The notes beneath the pieces are model-generated. The model worked only from the letters and a program-made list of their open reading frames with translations, ran no database searches and was not told the DNA's origin. Shown one piece after another: positions 10,082 through 20,097 of a stretch of 64,000 nt of DNA. Numbering within the stretch: the stretch's first letter is position 1; every line of letters starts with the position of its first letter. Made by a program: the position numbers and the translations under genes. The stretch lies in sequence record KT895374.1; one strand, written 5' to 3'.

Positions 10082-10095
10082 AACATGATATTGTT
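10082..10095. promoter_or_regulatory. Back-to-back late promoter AACA-TGATAT-TGTT
   Basis: Reads AACA-N6-TG on both strands, between divergent genes. Confidence 0.6.
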
Positions 10096-10130
10096 CTGAG
10101 AAAATAAAAACTATTAGGAGGAAACAAAAA

Positions 10131-10793
10131 ATGGTAGTACGTAAAATGGTTAAACCAGTAAAGGTAGTAGAAAACAAAAAGGAACTAGAAAAAGAATTAG
10201 AGAATAGTGTAGAAACGGAAGAAGTTCAAGAAGCTACACCAGTAAAAGAAGAGAAGAAAGTAACAAAACCAAAGACAGTTAAAAAACCAAAGGTAGCGGA
10301 AAAGAAAGAAGAAAAACCAAAAGCAGTTAAAAAGGAAACTAAAAAGACAATTAGTTTATCTGGTAAAAAGAAAGAAGAAAAACCAAAGGAAAAGAATGAA
10401 GGTCCAAGAGCAAGACAAGAAGATGTTATTGCTCTAACAGTTAAGAAGCTAGAAGAAAAAGGATATGAAATTTCTTTAAAAGAAGCAACTATCTTTAAAG
10501 AGGCATATGAAGCGGCAGTAGATGAAACTACTGATACACAATCTTATAAATTTGCAGGTGGAATGATTAAGGTATTAGAACGTAAACCTCAAGTACATTC
10601 TTCACCTAAGACTGATTATGATTCATTAAAAATGGGATATAGTTATAAAACATTCTCAAAAGATATTGGTGAACCAGTAAAATATCGTGGTACATTTAAT
10701 CCTGAAACTAGAGAGTTTAAGGCTGATGGAGTATATAACTATGAAACAAAAGAGTTTGACAAAGTTGATGAAACAATTATTGTAGAGAAGTAA
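10131..10793 (+). CDS. HU/TF1-like DNA-binding protein with Lys/Glu/Pro-rich N-terminal extension
   Basis: RQEDVIALTVKKL..ISLKEA..AAVDETT...YKFAGGMIKVLERKPQVHSSPKT aligns to the HU fold pattern; strong SD AGGAGG. Confidence 0.6.
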   Translation: MVVRKMVKPVKVVENKKELEKELENSVETEEVQEATPVKEEKKVTKPKTVKKPKVAEKKEEKPKAVKKETKKTISLSGKKKEEKPKEKNEGPRARQEDVIALTVKKLEEKGYEISLKEATIFKEAYEAAVDETTDTQSYKFAGGMIKVLERKPQVHSSPKTDYDSLKMGYSYKTFSKDIGEPVKYRGTFNPETREFKADGVYNYETKEFDKVDETIIVEK

Positions 10794-10795
10794 TT

Positions 10796-10830
10796 ATAAT
10801 AGAGATATTGAAATTCAATATCTCTATTAT
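10796..10830. terminator. Perfect 17-bp inverted repeat
   Basis: ATAATAGAGATATTGAA-A-TTCAATATCTCTATTAT followed by T-rich sequence. Confidence 0.65.
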
Positions 10831-10903
10831 TTCTTTTATTTTTACTATGATCCACAAAAACAACAAGAGAAAACATAATCTAAAGAGAAAGGATAATTCA
10901 TTA

Positions 10904-11173
10904 ATGTATAAAAACATTGAAGATTTGAATAAGTTTGCTTCTAAAATCCTAGAAACTGAAATATCATTTGAAGAAAGTATTACATTTACTCCTGATGAGG
11001 TAGAAGAAAATATTGGAGAGAAACCTAATAGAGATAAGATCTGTCATAGTACATCATTAGAAGACGGTAGAGTAATTATGTTATTAACAGAATTAGAACC
11101 AAACTATACTCCTTGGAAGTTATTAGAATTAGAAGAAGATGGATTTAAAGAACTGTATAGTAAGAGTATCTAG
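10904..11173 (+). CDS. ugi: Uracil-DNA glycosylase inhibitor (Ugi family), 89 aa
   Basis: EESITFTPDEVEENIGEKP vs PBS2 Ugi QESILMLPEEVEEVIGNKP; IMLLTELEPNYTPWKL vs VMLLTSDAPEYKPWAL; acidic; SD AAAGGA; start reassigned to ATG 10904. Confidence 0.92.
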   Translation: MYKNIEDLNKFASKILETEISFEESITFTPDEVEENIGEKPNRDKICHSTSLEDGRVIMLLTELEPNYTPWKLLELEEDGFKELYSKSI

Positions 11174-11191
11174 ATAGAGGAGATAAATTAA

Positions 11192-11440
11192 TTGGATAAA
11201 GAAAAATTAATTTCAAGATCTTTAGACATTATGGAAAGCGTTAAAATGATAGTAGGATCTCATGGTGAAGATGTGCCAGAGGGTGAAAAATCCATGCTAG
11301 ATAGTATCATTGATAAATTAAATACTGATAAGGATTTTAATAATCTAACTGAAATAGAATTTAAATATGTAAGAGCATCATATGATGCTATTTATGATAA
11401 AGAAGAAAAAATAGAATGGGAAGAAATTTATAAAAAATAA
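11192..11440 (+). CDS. Hypothetical protein
   Basis: 82 aa, SD GAGGAG, TTG start. Confidence 0.75.
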   Translation: MDKEKLISRSLDIMESVKMIVGSHGEDVPEGEKSMLDSIIDKLNTDKDFNNLTEIEFKYVRASYDAIYDKEEKIEWEEIYKK

Positions 11441-11465
11441 ATTTTTAAATTGAGAGGTAAAAAAC

Positions 11466-12062
11466 TTGGATTATAACTACTTCAGCATTGATAATGACTT
11501 AGTCATATTCAACTATCAAGAATTTTTAACTGTTCAAGAAAGAATACAAAGAAAATTTAAAATCAATTACTCTGGAACTGAATTATTTGATAAATTTGCA
11601 ATGCAAACTTTAGAGGAAATCTTTGAAGTATTAACTGAAAAATCAGGAGAAGAAGGCATTAAGAAAGAAATTGTTGATGTAATTATGTACTTAGGAAGTT
11701 TATATTCAGCTTTGTTTGACGATAATTTTAAAAATAAAGATATCAAAGAAGATACAATTAAACTTGAATTATATGAAGTAGGATCAATGGGTCATTATCC
11801 TGCACAGGATGTTGAATATCGTATGATTGCAACCTTTAAAAGTATTTTTAAATTAAGAACCTTATTAAAGGATAGAAAATGGCATAAAAAAACTGATTAT
11901 AGTTTAAGTAAAAACTTAGAGGACTTAAGAAGTATATTGGAAAGTATTAGATACATGATTTCTTATCTAGTAGAATTTTTAATTGAATACTCATACAATA
12001 ATATAAATGAGTTAAATTCTTTATTTAAAGCTAAACAGTCTTTTATTTTAAATTTAGAATAA
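11466..12062 (+). CDS. MazG-like / all-alpha NTP pyrophosphohydrolase
   Basis: EEIFE...KKEIVDVIMY (ExxE...ExxD) and RKWHKK motifs. Confidence 0.65.
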   Translation: MDYNYFSIDNDLVIFNYQEFLTVQERIQRKFKINYSGTELFDKFAMQTLEEIFEVLTEKSGEEGIKKEIVDVIMYLGSLYSALFDDNFKNKDIKEDTIKLELYEVGSMGHYPAQDVEYRMIATFKSIFKLRTLLKDRKWHKKTDYSLSKNLEDLRSILESIRYMISYLVEFLIEYSYNNINELNSLFKAKQSFILNLE

Positions 12063-12482
12063 ATATTCTTTTAAAAAATAAAAAGAATTAGTATTAAACT
12101 TAACATTAATATATTAATTATTATTTTAGGGGGTAGGGGGTTAGAGAATCCATATGAATAAAAAAATAATAATTAATAATAAATATAATAAAAAAGAATT
12201 AATTAAAAAAATAATTAATAATAAAAAATCTTTAAAAAAGATTAATTAAAATAAATAATAATACTACTTATATATTAATATATAAGTAGTATTATTTTAT
12301 AATTATTATTTTTTTTTTTTTGTTTATTATATTCAAAATATTATAATCTATTTATTTATTAAATTCTAATAATAATTATTATTAATATATAAAAATAACT
12401 ATTTTTTAATTATAAAACATTATTATATAAATAATAAAGAATTATGAATAAATTATTATATAATAGTGTGGTGAAAAATTAA
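12063..12482. other. Long extremely AT-rich intergenic region with a perfect 40-bp palindrome (12257-12296); candidate origin
   Basis: Palindrome verified by eye; A-tracts on the left, T-tracts on the right; GGGGGTAGGGGG island near 12128-12139. Confidence 0.5.
12416..12427 (+). promoter_or_regulatory. Late-type promoter of the tail operon
   Basis: AACA TTATTA TA. Confidence 0.6.
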
Positions 12483-15400
12483 ATGCCAATAAAAGTAGGT
12501 AGTTCATTTTTAAGAAATGTTTCTAAATCATTAGGTAATTCAACTGTATCAGCTATTGGAGATTTATTACCTAATGTAAAAAATAGTGCAATGCAAACAA
12601 AGGACTATGTATCTCAAACATATAGAGCTGGAAGAGATAATTTAAATGGTTCTTCAGTTAAACAAACTTATGCTTATAAATCTACTCAAGAGTTAATAGG
12701 TAATGCAATTAAAGATTTAAAATCAGGAAATCTTTATAATAAAAAGAGACAACAAGAAAAAGAAAATGAATCATTAAAAGAATTAGGATTTGATTTTGAC
12801 TTTGATACTGATGGTTCTTCAAATAATAATGAATCAGGATCAGTTAATAATAGTCAAATAGTAGTAAATAATATAGATACCAATGCAACTGGTGAATTAA
12901 ATTTAGGTATTAGTAAACTAAGCAATTTGAATAAAGCTTCTATGGTTGCTAGTCAAGCATCTTCAAGTATTATTAGTCATCAATTATCAAGTATTGTAAA
13001 GTTCCAACATGATAATACTGCTAAGTTCTATACAGAAATGTCTGAAAAGATTACTGATCTAGCAGATAATACAAGACAGATAACAGCATTTTCTAATGTA
13101 ATGGCTGAAGTATCAGTTGGTGGAACAAGACATAGAAATGATAGAACCATGAAGGAACAACTATTAGGCTTATCAGGTATAGATCCATTAGGAATGGTTG
13201 ATTTATACAAGAATAAAATGAGAAGATCTAATGGTGGTTTATCTAAAGAATTATTTAATATGTTAGTAAAACCTAAAATTGATAGTACTGTAGCAAACCC
13301 TATTGGAACATTAATGACTGAAAGTTTAAAATTTGCTATGCCTAAAGTAATGAAATCAGCTCTAGGTGAATTTGATGAAGTATTTAAAAATTTACCATTA
13401 ATGATGCAAGGTAAGTTAAGTAATTGGAAAGATAGTAATAATCCTTTTAAAAAATTATCTTCTCAAATTTTTGGTATTGATTTATCAGATGCTAACCAAT
13501 TAGATTTTTCTAACTATGAAAAAGGTAGAGTAGCTTTTGATGGTAAGACTAGAAGAGCTATTACTACAGTTATTCCTTCATTACTATCTAAGATATTATC
13601 ACAAGTAAGTAGAAATGAAAACTATCAAAAAGAATTAGTTTATAATTATGAAACTGGTAAATTTACTACAGTTGATAAGATTAGAAAATCTATGGATGAA
13701 GAAGCAAATAGTTTTTCATTTGATAGTTATGAATTAAAAGAATACAAAAATAATATCTTAAGTGCTAATAAAGATTTATTTGAGAATGTTGACCAAATGA
13801 GTGCTATCAAAAAAGAAATTGACAAATCATTTAAAAATATGGTTAAAAATAATCTATTAGTTACTGATGGAACAAAGGATAATGAGATCTCTTCTAACCC
13901 TATAGTTTCTAAAATGATTAAAGATTATTTCAGAAACATGAGTCCAAGAGATAGATCTAATTTCCAATATGAGGTTATGAGATCTTCAAAAGAATATTCT
14001 GATATATTTAGAAGAATTGAAACTGAAGAATCATACCATCAAGCTTACGATATTGATACACGAGATCCTTTTGAAGAGGAACGTATGTCAAGATTATCTG
14101 AAGAGGATAGGCAAACATTTAATCGTATTAAATTATTTGCAAATGGTCATGCTGAAAAAGGAATTGAAAATAATCTAAATCGTAAAAATCCTTTGTATTG
14201 GTTGACTGAAGGGATTAGAAAAGGTAATAAGAAGATTACTGATTATTTTTTAGGTGAAGAGCAATCTAATCCTAATAAAGAAAATAAATTATTTGATAAT
14301 ATTTCTTCGAAGATGAAGGAAAAGGAAAAATATACTCAATTTGCTAAAAATGTAATGAAGAGTACTGCTTCTTCAATGGCTAGAAATAATAATAGTAACT
14401 TTATTGCTGATGATCGTTCTTTTTCTATCAATCCAATTGTAAGTAAATTTATTAATAGAAAAAATGCTGATCAGGTTATGAATAGTAAACAGAGTGACGT
14501 TTCTGAATTAAAGGAATCTATCATTAATCTAAACAGTAATATTGAAAAAAGTAATAAACAAAGAAATTCAGAAATAATGAACTCTTCAGCATCTATTTCA
14601 AATGACTCTAATAATGAATCTATTAAAAATTTAGATTTTTTACCTAAAATAAATGATAATATTCTGCATATTATTTCTTTAATGGAATCTAAATATAGTG
14701 CAGAAGGATTAAAAATTGATAGAATCGGTAAATTTAAGGATAAAATATCTCAATTTAAAGATACTTCTGTTTCTTTCTTTGAAAGATTTTTTGGTAGAAG
14801 AAAAAGATCACCTAATGCTAGAACGTTTCTTACTAGAACAGCAGGAAGATTAAGAGGTTTCTTTGATCAAATTTTTGGAAGTAAAGATAAAAAAGAAAAA
14901 GGATCTCAAAATAATAATTCTTCTAAAGGTGGAGGAATCTTTAATAATATTCTAAATAGACTTGGTGGAGTAAAGGATATAGATTTTAAAAGTAAATTAG
15001 ATCCTGTTTTTGACTTCATAAAAGGTGTTCTTGGTTCATCTTTAGATATAATTAAAAAAACTCTTCCTAAAGCAAAAGATTTAGTTTTAAATGTAGGAAA
15101 GACTGCAGTAGGGTTTGGTCATTCAATTTTAAACACTCTAATTGGTTTAGGACAAAAAGGTGCTAATAAATTAGGAGACTTAAAAAATAATAGAAAAAGC
15201 TCTCTATTAGGCGGTGTTTCTGGTATATTCCAGAATATACTAATGGGAGGATTAAAACTAGGAGGATTAGCTTCAAAAGGTTTAGGTTCTTTAACAGGAA
15301 AAGTTTCATTACCGTCTTTAGATGGTTTAAGTAGAAATAAATCTAAAGCATCTTCTAAAGGTAATAATAAAATTAGTAATGTTCTTACAAGATTAAAAGG

Positions 15401-17876
15401 TAAAAATGGAAAAGAAGCTTCCCATGTAATTGTTGAAGGTGGATTTATTGATCGTATTAAAGAAATTGTAACAGTAAAAACTCATGTAGGTAATGGGAAT
15501 TCAGCAAAAGAACAATTAGCTGAATTTGAGGAAGCTAGAAAAAATAGAAATGGTCTCCCATCTAACAAAAGAGGTAAAGACGAATCAAGAAATGATTTTT
15601 ATAAAAGAATGATGGGGCAACAAGGTCAAGGAGCTGTTAGCGGTTTCCTATCCTCAATGGCTGCAGAAGTGGCAGGGGAGGTTATTGGTAATACAATCAG
15701 TGGTAACACTGGAAGAGGTAGACGTGGAGGTAGATTGGGCAGACTTGGTGGAGGAATAAAGAACGGTGCAGGTAAGTTAGTAGGGGGAGCAAAAGGTCTA
15801 TTAGGTAAAATACCCAAATTTGGTAGACTTGGTTTAGGTGCATCAGCATTAGCAGGAGGTGCAGGTGCGGCTACTGCAGGAACATCGGCACTAGGATCAG
15901 CAGGAGCTACATCAGGTGCTTCAGGTCTATTAGGAGGAGCAGGTAAAGTTCTTAGCGGTGCGGCTAGGTTTGGTAAATTCATTCCTGGAGTTGGTTTAGC
16001 TTTAACAGCAGGAATGGGCTTAATGGATGGAGTAAATGGTTTTAATAATGCTTCGCAAACATTTGGTACTAAAGATCCTACTCTTGGACAAAAAATTTCT
16101 TCATCAGTTGGAAGTATTACTAGCGGTCTTACTTTTGGTTTAGCTAATAAAGATAGTGTATCAAAAGGATTATATGGACTTGGTGGTAAAGTTTCATCAG
16201 GTTTTAATAAAATAAAAGAAAATCCATTAAAGGCTTTAGCTATGGCTTCCCCTTTTGGTTTAGCCGCATCAGGTATGTCAAAGTTATTTAATAAAGCTAA
16301 AGAAGATAAAGACTCACCAATTAATAAAATCTCTGGATGGGTAGAAAAAGTAGGTAAATTTTTAACAACTGGTCCAGCAGGTATGTTCTTCGGTGGAGCT
16401 GTAAGCGCTATATTGGGAACTCCAGTTGGTGGTTTCTTAGCTAAAGTAGGTAATGGATTTAAAAATTTCTTTGGTAATTTATTTGGTAAGAAAGATTCGG
16501 ACTCTTCTAGTGGAGGTTCATCTTCTTATAATGGTAAGATTGGTTCTGGTATTGGTGCTTTAGCTAAAAAATATGAATCTAGTGGTAATGCTGGAACTGT
16601 AGTTAATGCTAGAGGGGATATTGGTGGTCAATCCTTTGGAATGTTCCAATTAGCTAGAAATACTGGTTCTTATAAAACATTTATAGATTCACTTGATTCT
16701 TATGGTCATAAAGATTGGCAGAAAACTTTAAAATCAGCCTATAGTAGCCAATCAGCAAGTAAAGCAGCATGGCAAAAAATAGCAAAAGATAACCCAAAAG
16801 AATTTGCTAAAGTTCAAGAAAAATATTTTGCTGATAAGTTCTTCAGACCAGTAGCAGGAAAAATTAAATCAGTATTAGGTTTAGATGTTGGTGAACGATC
16901 AACAGCTGTTCAAGCCGCTCTTCTTTCAACTTCTGTTCAACATGGACAAGGTGGGGCATTGAATGTATGGAAAAATGCTCTTGGTAAAAAAGCTAGCAAA
17001 ATGAGTGACGCTGAAATTATTAATGCTGTATATAACGAACGTGGGGCTAATAATGGAATGAAATATTTCCCTAGCTCATCTCCATCTATTAGAGCTTCAG
17101 TTGTTAAACGTTTTAAAAATGAAAAACAAGATGCTCTTAAAATGCTTAAGAAAGATGGAGGAGGAAAAGAAGAATCATCTGATAGTAAAGAAGATAGTAA
17201 TGATAAAGGATCTACTGCTAAAGTTTCTGATCTTAAAACTGATAGAAGTCAGTTCTATAATAATCCTTTTGAAAATTCAAGATCTTTTGGTACTTCTTCG
17301 GGTGACTCTAGATTCTCAGGAGGTCCATCTTCATCTACTTCTAAAGTTTCTTTCTCAAGTGGAAGTTATGCTGGTTCAGTATTATCCAAAGCATTGGGTT
17401 CAGGATATGCTGATGTGTCAGGCAAACTTTCTACTTCAGATTTAAATATGACAGATTTAAGATGGAAATTAGATCCAACTAAGGTTACTAAGAGTAGTGC
17501 TTCTAATATTGCTAAAGTAAGTTCTATGAGTAGTCTTTCTAATGATTCTATTAAAAATTTTAACGCTAAGAGTGTAGTAGATAATTATGTAATTAATTCT
17601 TTAGGTGCTATCCAGCAAAAAGTTTCAGAAAATTCAGCAACAATTCAAAATGGCGATGATCTAAAGACTAAAGGTGAAAATGAAGAGTATTCTAAAATGA
17701 TTAGTATTTTGAAAGAAATTTCTAACAATGGGAATACAACTAACAGTAAATTAACTGAAGTTGTAAATGTATTAACAGTAATTTCTCAAAATATTACTAA
17801 GAAAAAAGAATCTGTAAGTAACGTAGTTCAACCAACTATATCAAATGAAACTAAAAATATCTTTAATGGTATGTAA
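12483..17876 (+). CDS. Tape-measure-like tail protein with VgrG3-C-like peptidoglycan hydrolase domain
   Basis: 1797 aa, Gly/Ala-rich helical region; AKKYESSG...GDIGGQSFGMFQL and AVQAALLSTSVQHGQGG motifs. Confidence 0.7.
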   Translation: MPIKVGSSFLRNVSKSLGNSTVSAIGDLLPNVKNSAMQTKDYVSQTYRAGRDNLNGSSVKQTYAYKSTQELIGNAIKDLKSGNLYNKKRQQEKENESLKELGFDFDFDTDGSSNNNESGSVNNSQIVVNNIDTNATGELNLGISKLSNLNKASMVASQASSSIISHQLSSIVKFQHDNTAKFYTEMSEKITDLADNTRQITAFSNVMAEVSVGGTRHRNDRTMKEQLLGLSGIDPLGMVDLYKNKMRRSNGGLSKELFNMLVKPKIDSTVANPIGTLMTESLKFAMPKVMKSALGEFDEVFKNLPLMMQGKLSNWKDSNNPFKKLSSQIFGIDLSDANQLDFSNYEKGRVAFDGKTRRAITTVIPSLLSKILSQVSRNENYQKELVYNYETGKFTTVDKIRKSMDEEANSFSFDSYELKEYKNNILSANKDLFENVDQMSAIKKEIDKSFKNMVKNNLLVTDGTKDNEISSNPIVSKMIKDYFRNMSPRDRSNFQYEVMRSSKEYSDIFRRIETEESYHQAYDIDTRDPFEEERMSRLSEEDRQTFNRIKLFANGHAEKGIENNLNRKNPLYWLTEGIRKGNKKITDYFLGEEQSNPNKENKLFDNISSKMKEKEKYTQFAKNVMKSTASSMARNNNSNFIADDRSFSINPIVSKFINRKNADQVMNSKQSDVSELKESIINLNSNIEKSNKQRNSEIMNSSASISNDSNNESIKNLDFLPKINDNILHIISLMESKYSAEGLKIDRIGKFKDKISQFKDTSVSFFERFFGRRKRSPNARTFLTRTAGRLRGFFDQIFGSKDKKEKGSQNNNSSKGGGIFNNILNRLGGVKDIDFKSKLDPVFDFIKGVLGSSLDIIKKTLPKAKDLVLNVGKTAVGFGHSILNTLIGLGQKGANKLGDLKNNRKSSLLGGVSGIFQNILMGGLKLGGLASKGLGSLTGKVSLPSLDGLSRNKSKASSKGNNKISNVLTRLKGKNGKEASHVIVEGGFIDRIKEIVTVKTHVGNGNSAKEQLAEFEEARKNRNGLPSNKRGKDESRNDFYKRMMGQQGQGAVSGFLSSMAAEVAGEVIGNTISGNTGRGRRGGRLGRLGGGIKNGAGKLVGGAKGLLGKIPKFGRLGLGASALAGGAGAATAGTSALGSAGATSGASGLLGGAGKVLSGAARFGKFIPGVGLALTAGMGLMDGVNGFNNASQTFGTKDPTLGQKISSSVGSITSGLTFGLANKDSVSKGLYGLGGKVSSGFNKIKENPLKALAMASPFGLAASGMSKLFNKAKEDKDSPINKISGWVEKVGKFLTTGPAGMFFGGAVSAILGTPVGGFLAKVGNGFKNFFGNLFGKKDSDSSSGGSSSYNGKIGSGIGALAKKYESSGNAGTVVNARGDIGGQSFGMFQLARNTGSYKTFIDSLDSYGHKDWQKTLKSAYSSQSASKAAWQKIAKDNPKEFAKVQEKYFADKFFRPVAGKIKSVLGLDVGERSTAVQAALLSTSVQHGQGGALNVWKNALGKKASKMSDAEIINAVYNERGANNGMKYFPSSSPSIRASVVKRFKNEKQDALKMLKKDGGGKEESSDSKEDSNDKGSTAKVSDLKTDRSQFYNNPFENSRSFGTSSGDSRFSGGPSSSTSKVSFSSGSYAGSVLSKALGSGYADVSGKLSTSDLNMTDLRWKLDPTKVTKSSASNIAKVSSMSSLSNDSIKNFNAKSVVDNYVINSLGAIQQKVSENSATIQNGDDLKTKGENEEYSKMISILKEISNNGNTTNSKLTEVVNVLTVISQNITKKKESVSNVVQPTISNETKNIFNGM

Positions 17877-17891
17877 GGGTAGGTGGTTTAA

Positions 17892-19361
17892 ATGGCAGAG
17901 GAAGAAAGTGCTGATCTCTCCCAGATAATTGGTGATGACTTTTTTGGATCTGGTGGTCAAGTATCTACAGATACAAAAGGTGGTTCAGGTTATCAGGAGT
18001 TAGGTAAAAATTTTGATGAATTAGTCGGTCAGTCTAAAACTACAAAAGGTCATGGATACGCCACTGTAAAGTGGAATCCCTATTCCTCTGATAGAATTTT
18101 AGGATTACCTTTATATTATAATGATTTTGCTGATCCAAATGGAAGAGTATATAATCAGACAATTATAAAGGATATTCCAAGTGTTTATATAGTTCCAGGA
18201 GTACCTTCTGTTAATAGAAAACTAATAGACGTAGCAGGGAAACGTATTATCCCTGCTGATCTATCTAGAGCATTAATGAACTTCACTAATGATCCTTCAA
18301 ATATCTTTAATTTTGGTATGAGGGGATTGAGTAGTTCTAATGATTTAAGATTTATTGGATTTAAAGCCGATTACTCCGAGTATTTCAAATATGTACAAGT
18401 AATGTTAAGTACTATTCACTCATATCTTAATATGACTGGAGTATTTGATGTATTTGCTTTCTCAAAAGAATTTAATAATAGTTTAAGAAACTTTGGATTA
18501 TGTTTCTATGCTGATAAAGCTACTTCAGTTTCTGAATCAGCGGATAATACCTATAGTCCATCTAAAGTAGCTGAAATGGTAAGCGAACAAAGTGCTACAT
18601 TAAGGGAAGCAGACTTGCTTTATCCTACTGGTAGTACAACTGCTAGAATTGTAGATTCTATTAAAGCGGCTAATCCTTTAGGGGTTCTAGACGCTCTTGG
18701 TACTTTTGATGGTATTATTACAAGAACATCTAATGCTTTATTTAGGGTTGTTAATGGCTCACAATTATTCTTTCCTGATATGTGGCAGGAATCTAGATTT
18801 GATAAATCATACAATATAAGTTTTAAATTTTATAGTCCTTATGGAGATAAAATGAGTATTTTCAGATATGTATATGTGCCTTTTATAGCGTTACTAGCCC
18901 TGACTCTTCCTAGACAGGATGGACTTCTAGCTTATCAACAGCCATTTTTTGTTAAGATGAGCCGTCCAGGATTTTTTAATATTGATATGGGTGCTATTAC
19001 TAGTATGTCTATTATTAAAGGTGGATCGGATAATCTATGGACAATTGATGGTTTACCACAGGTTATTGAAGTAAACTTAAACGTTGTTGATCTTTACCCA
19101 CAAATGGTACAGGTTAAAGATATTGGCTTATTAGCTTATAACTTAGGAATTTCTTCTTTCCTAGAGAATATGGCAGGGATTAGAGCTGATCAATTAAATT
19201 TCTCCTTGAGGGCTAAGGCTTTAATTCAAAGAACTTTATCTAACTCAATGATATCCGATTTATTATTTGGTAATAATGGTAAAATTAAAGATACAATTGG
19301 GAATAACGTAGAAGATTTTGTTTATGAGTTGCAAAATAAGGTAACTAATATTCTCCGTTAG
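17892..19361 (+). CDS. Virion structural protein (baseplate hub / tail-tube-initiator-like)
   Basis: FPDMWQES..SYNISFKFYSPYG...WTIDGLPQVIEVNLNVVDLYP pattern; directly downstream of the tape measure gene. Confidence 0.6.
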   Translation: MAEEESADLSQIIGDDFFGSGGQVSTDTKGGSGYQELGKNFDELVGQSKTTKGHGYATVKWNPYSSDRILGLPLYYNDFADPNGRVYNQTIIKDIPSVYIVPGVPSVNRKLIDVAGKRIIPADLSRALMNFTNDPSNIFNFGMRGLSSSNDLRFIGFKADYSEYFKYVQVMLSTIHSYLNMTGVFDVFAFSKEFNNSLRNFGLCFYADKATSVSESADNTYSPSKVAEMVSEQSATLREADLLYPTGSTTARIVDSIKAANPLGVLDALGTFDGIITRTSNALFRVVNGSQLFFPDMWQESRFDKSYNISFKFYSPYGDKMSIFRYVYVPFIALLALTLPRQDGLLAYQQPFFVKMSRPGFFNIDMGAITSMSIIKGGSDNLWTIDGLPQVIEVNLNVVDLYPQMVQVKDIGLLAYNLGISSFLENMAGIRADQLNFSLRAKALIQRTLSNSMISDLLFGNNGKIKDTIGNNVEDFVYELQNKVTNILR

Positions 19362-19467
19362 TATAAAAAAAATAAAGTTTAACTAACATTTTTATAATTA
19401 AATTTATTTATTAATAGAGATCCTTAGTGATCTCTATTAATAAAAAATAAAATAGGGATGGTAAGTT

Positions 19468-20097
19468 ATGGCTTTAGAAAGAGGAAATATTAATAAGAAT
19501 ACTAAGTTACAAAATAAAAAAGTTAATAATTTAAAAAATTCTAAAAGTTATTTAGATATTAAAGAAGATGAAGATTATTATTTTGTAGAATTTAATATTG
19601 AAGGAACAATAGAACCTTATCAAAGAAATAGAAGTAGAAATATTTCTAATAAAGAAGGACAAATTGTAGCATCTCATATGTATGACCCATTAAACATTTA
19701 TAAGAAAAACTTTAAAAAGATTTTAAAAAATGAAATTGATAACTATGAAAATTTTAAACCAGCAGAGGGAGAGATTGAATTATTCATTGATATTTATCTA
19801 GATCCTCCTAAGACTAGTTTTTCAAATAAACAAAAAGTATATGCTATTATTAAAAAAATACTTAAACCATTAGCAAAACCTGATTTAGATAATACCGCTA
19901 AAACTATAATGGATTCATTTAATGAAATATTTTGGAAAGATGACAATCAGGTAATCGATCTTAGAATTAAAAAACAATTTAGTATTAAAAGAGAGACAAA
20001 AATTAAAATAAAAATGAAAAAAGAGAGAACGGTTATAACTGGAAGAATGAATAGTGAGGAGACAGAAATGTGGGAAAAAATCAAGGTTCAACTTTAG
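19468..20097 (+). CDS. rusA: RusA-like Holliday junction resolvase
   Basis: KPDLDNTAKTIMD...WKDDNQVIDLRIKK. Confidence 0.9.
   Translation: MALERGNINKNTKLQNKKVNNLKNSKSYLDIKEDEDYYFVEFNIEGTIEPYQRNRSRNISNKEGQIVASHMYDPLNIYKKNFKKILKNEIDNYENFKPAEGEIELFIDIYLDPPKTSFSNKQKVYAIIKKILKPLAKPDLDNTAKTIMDSFNEIFWKDDNQVIDLRIKKQFSIKRETKIKIKMKKERTVITGRMNSEETEMWEKIKVQL

Noticed and set aside
19408-19443. 15-bp inverted repeat upstream of rusA as a terminator
   Set aside because: No U-tract on either strand and it lies downstream of the predicted promoter; function unclear, so it was not called.
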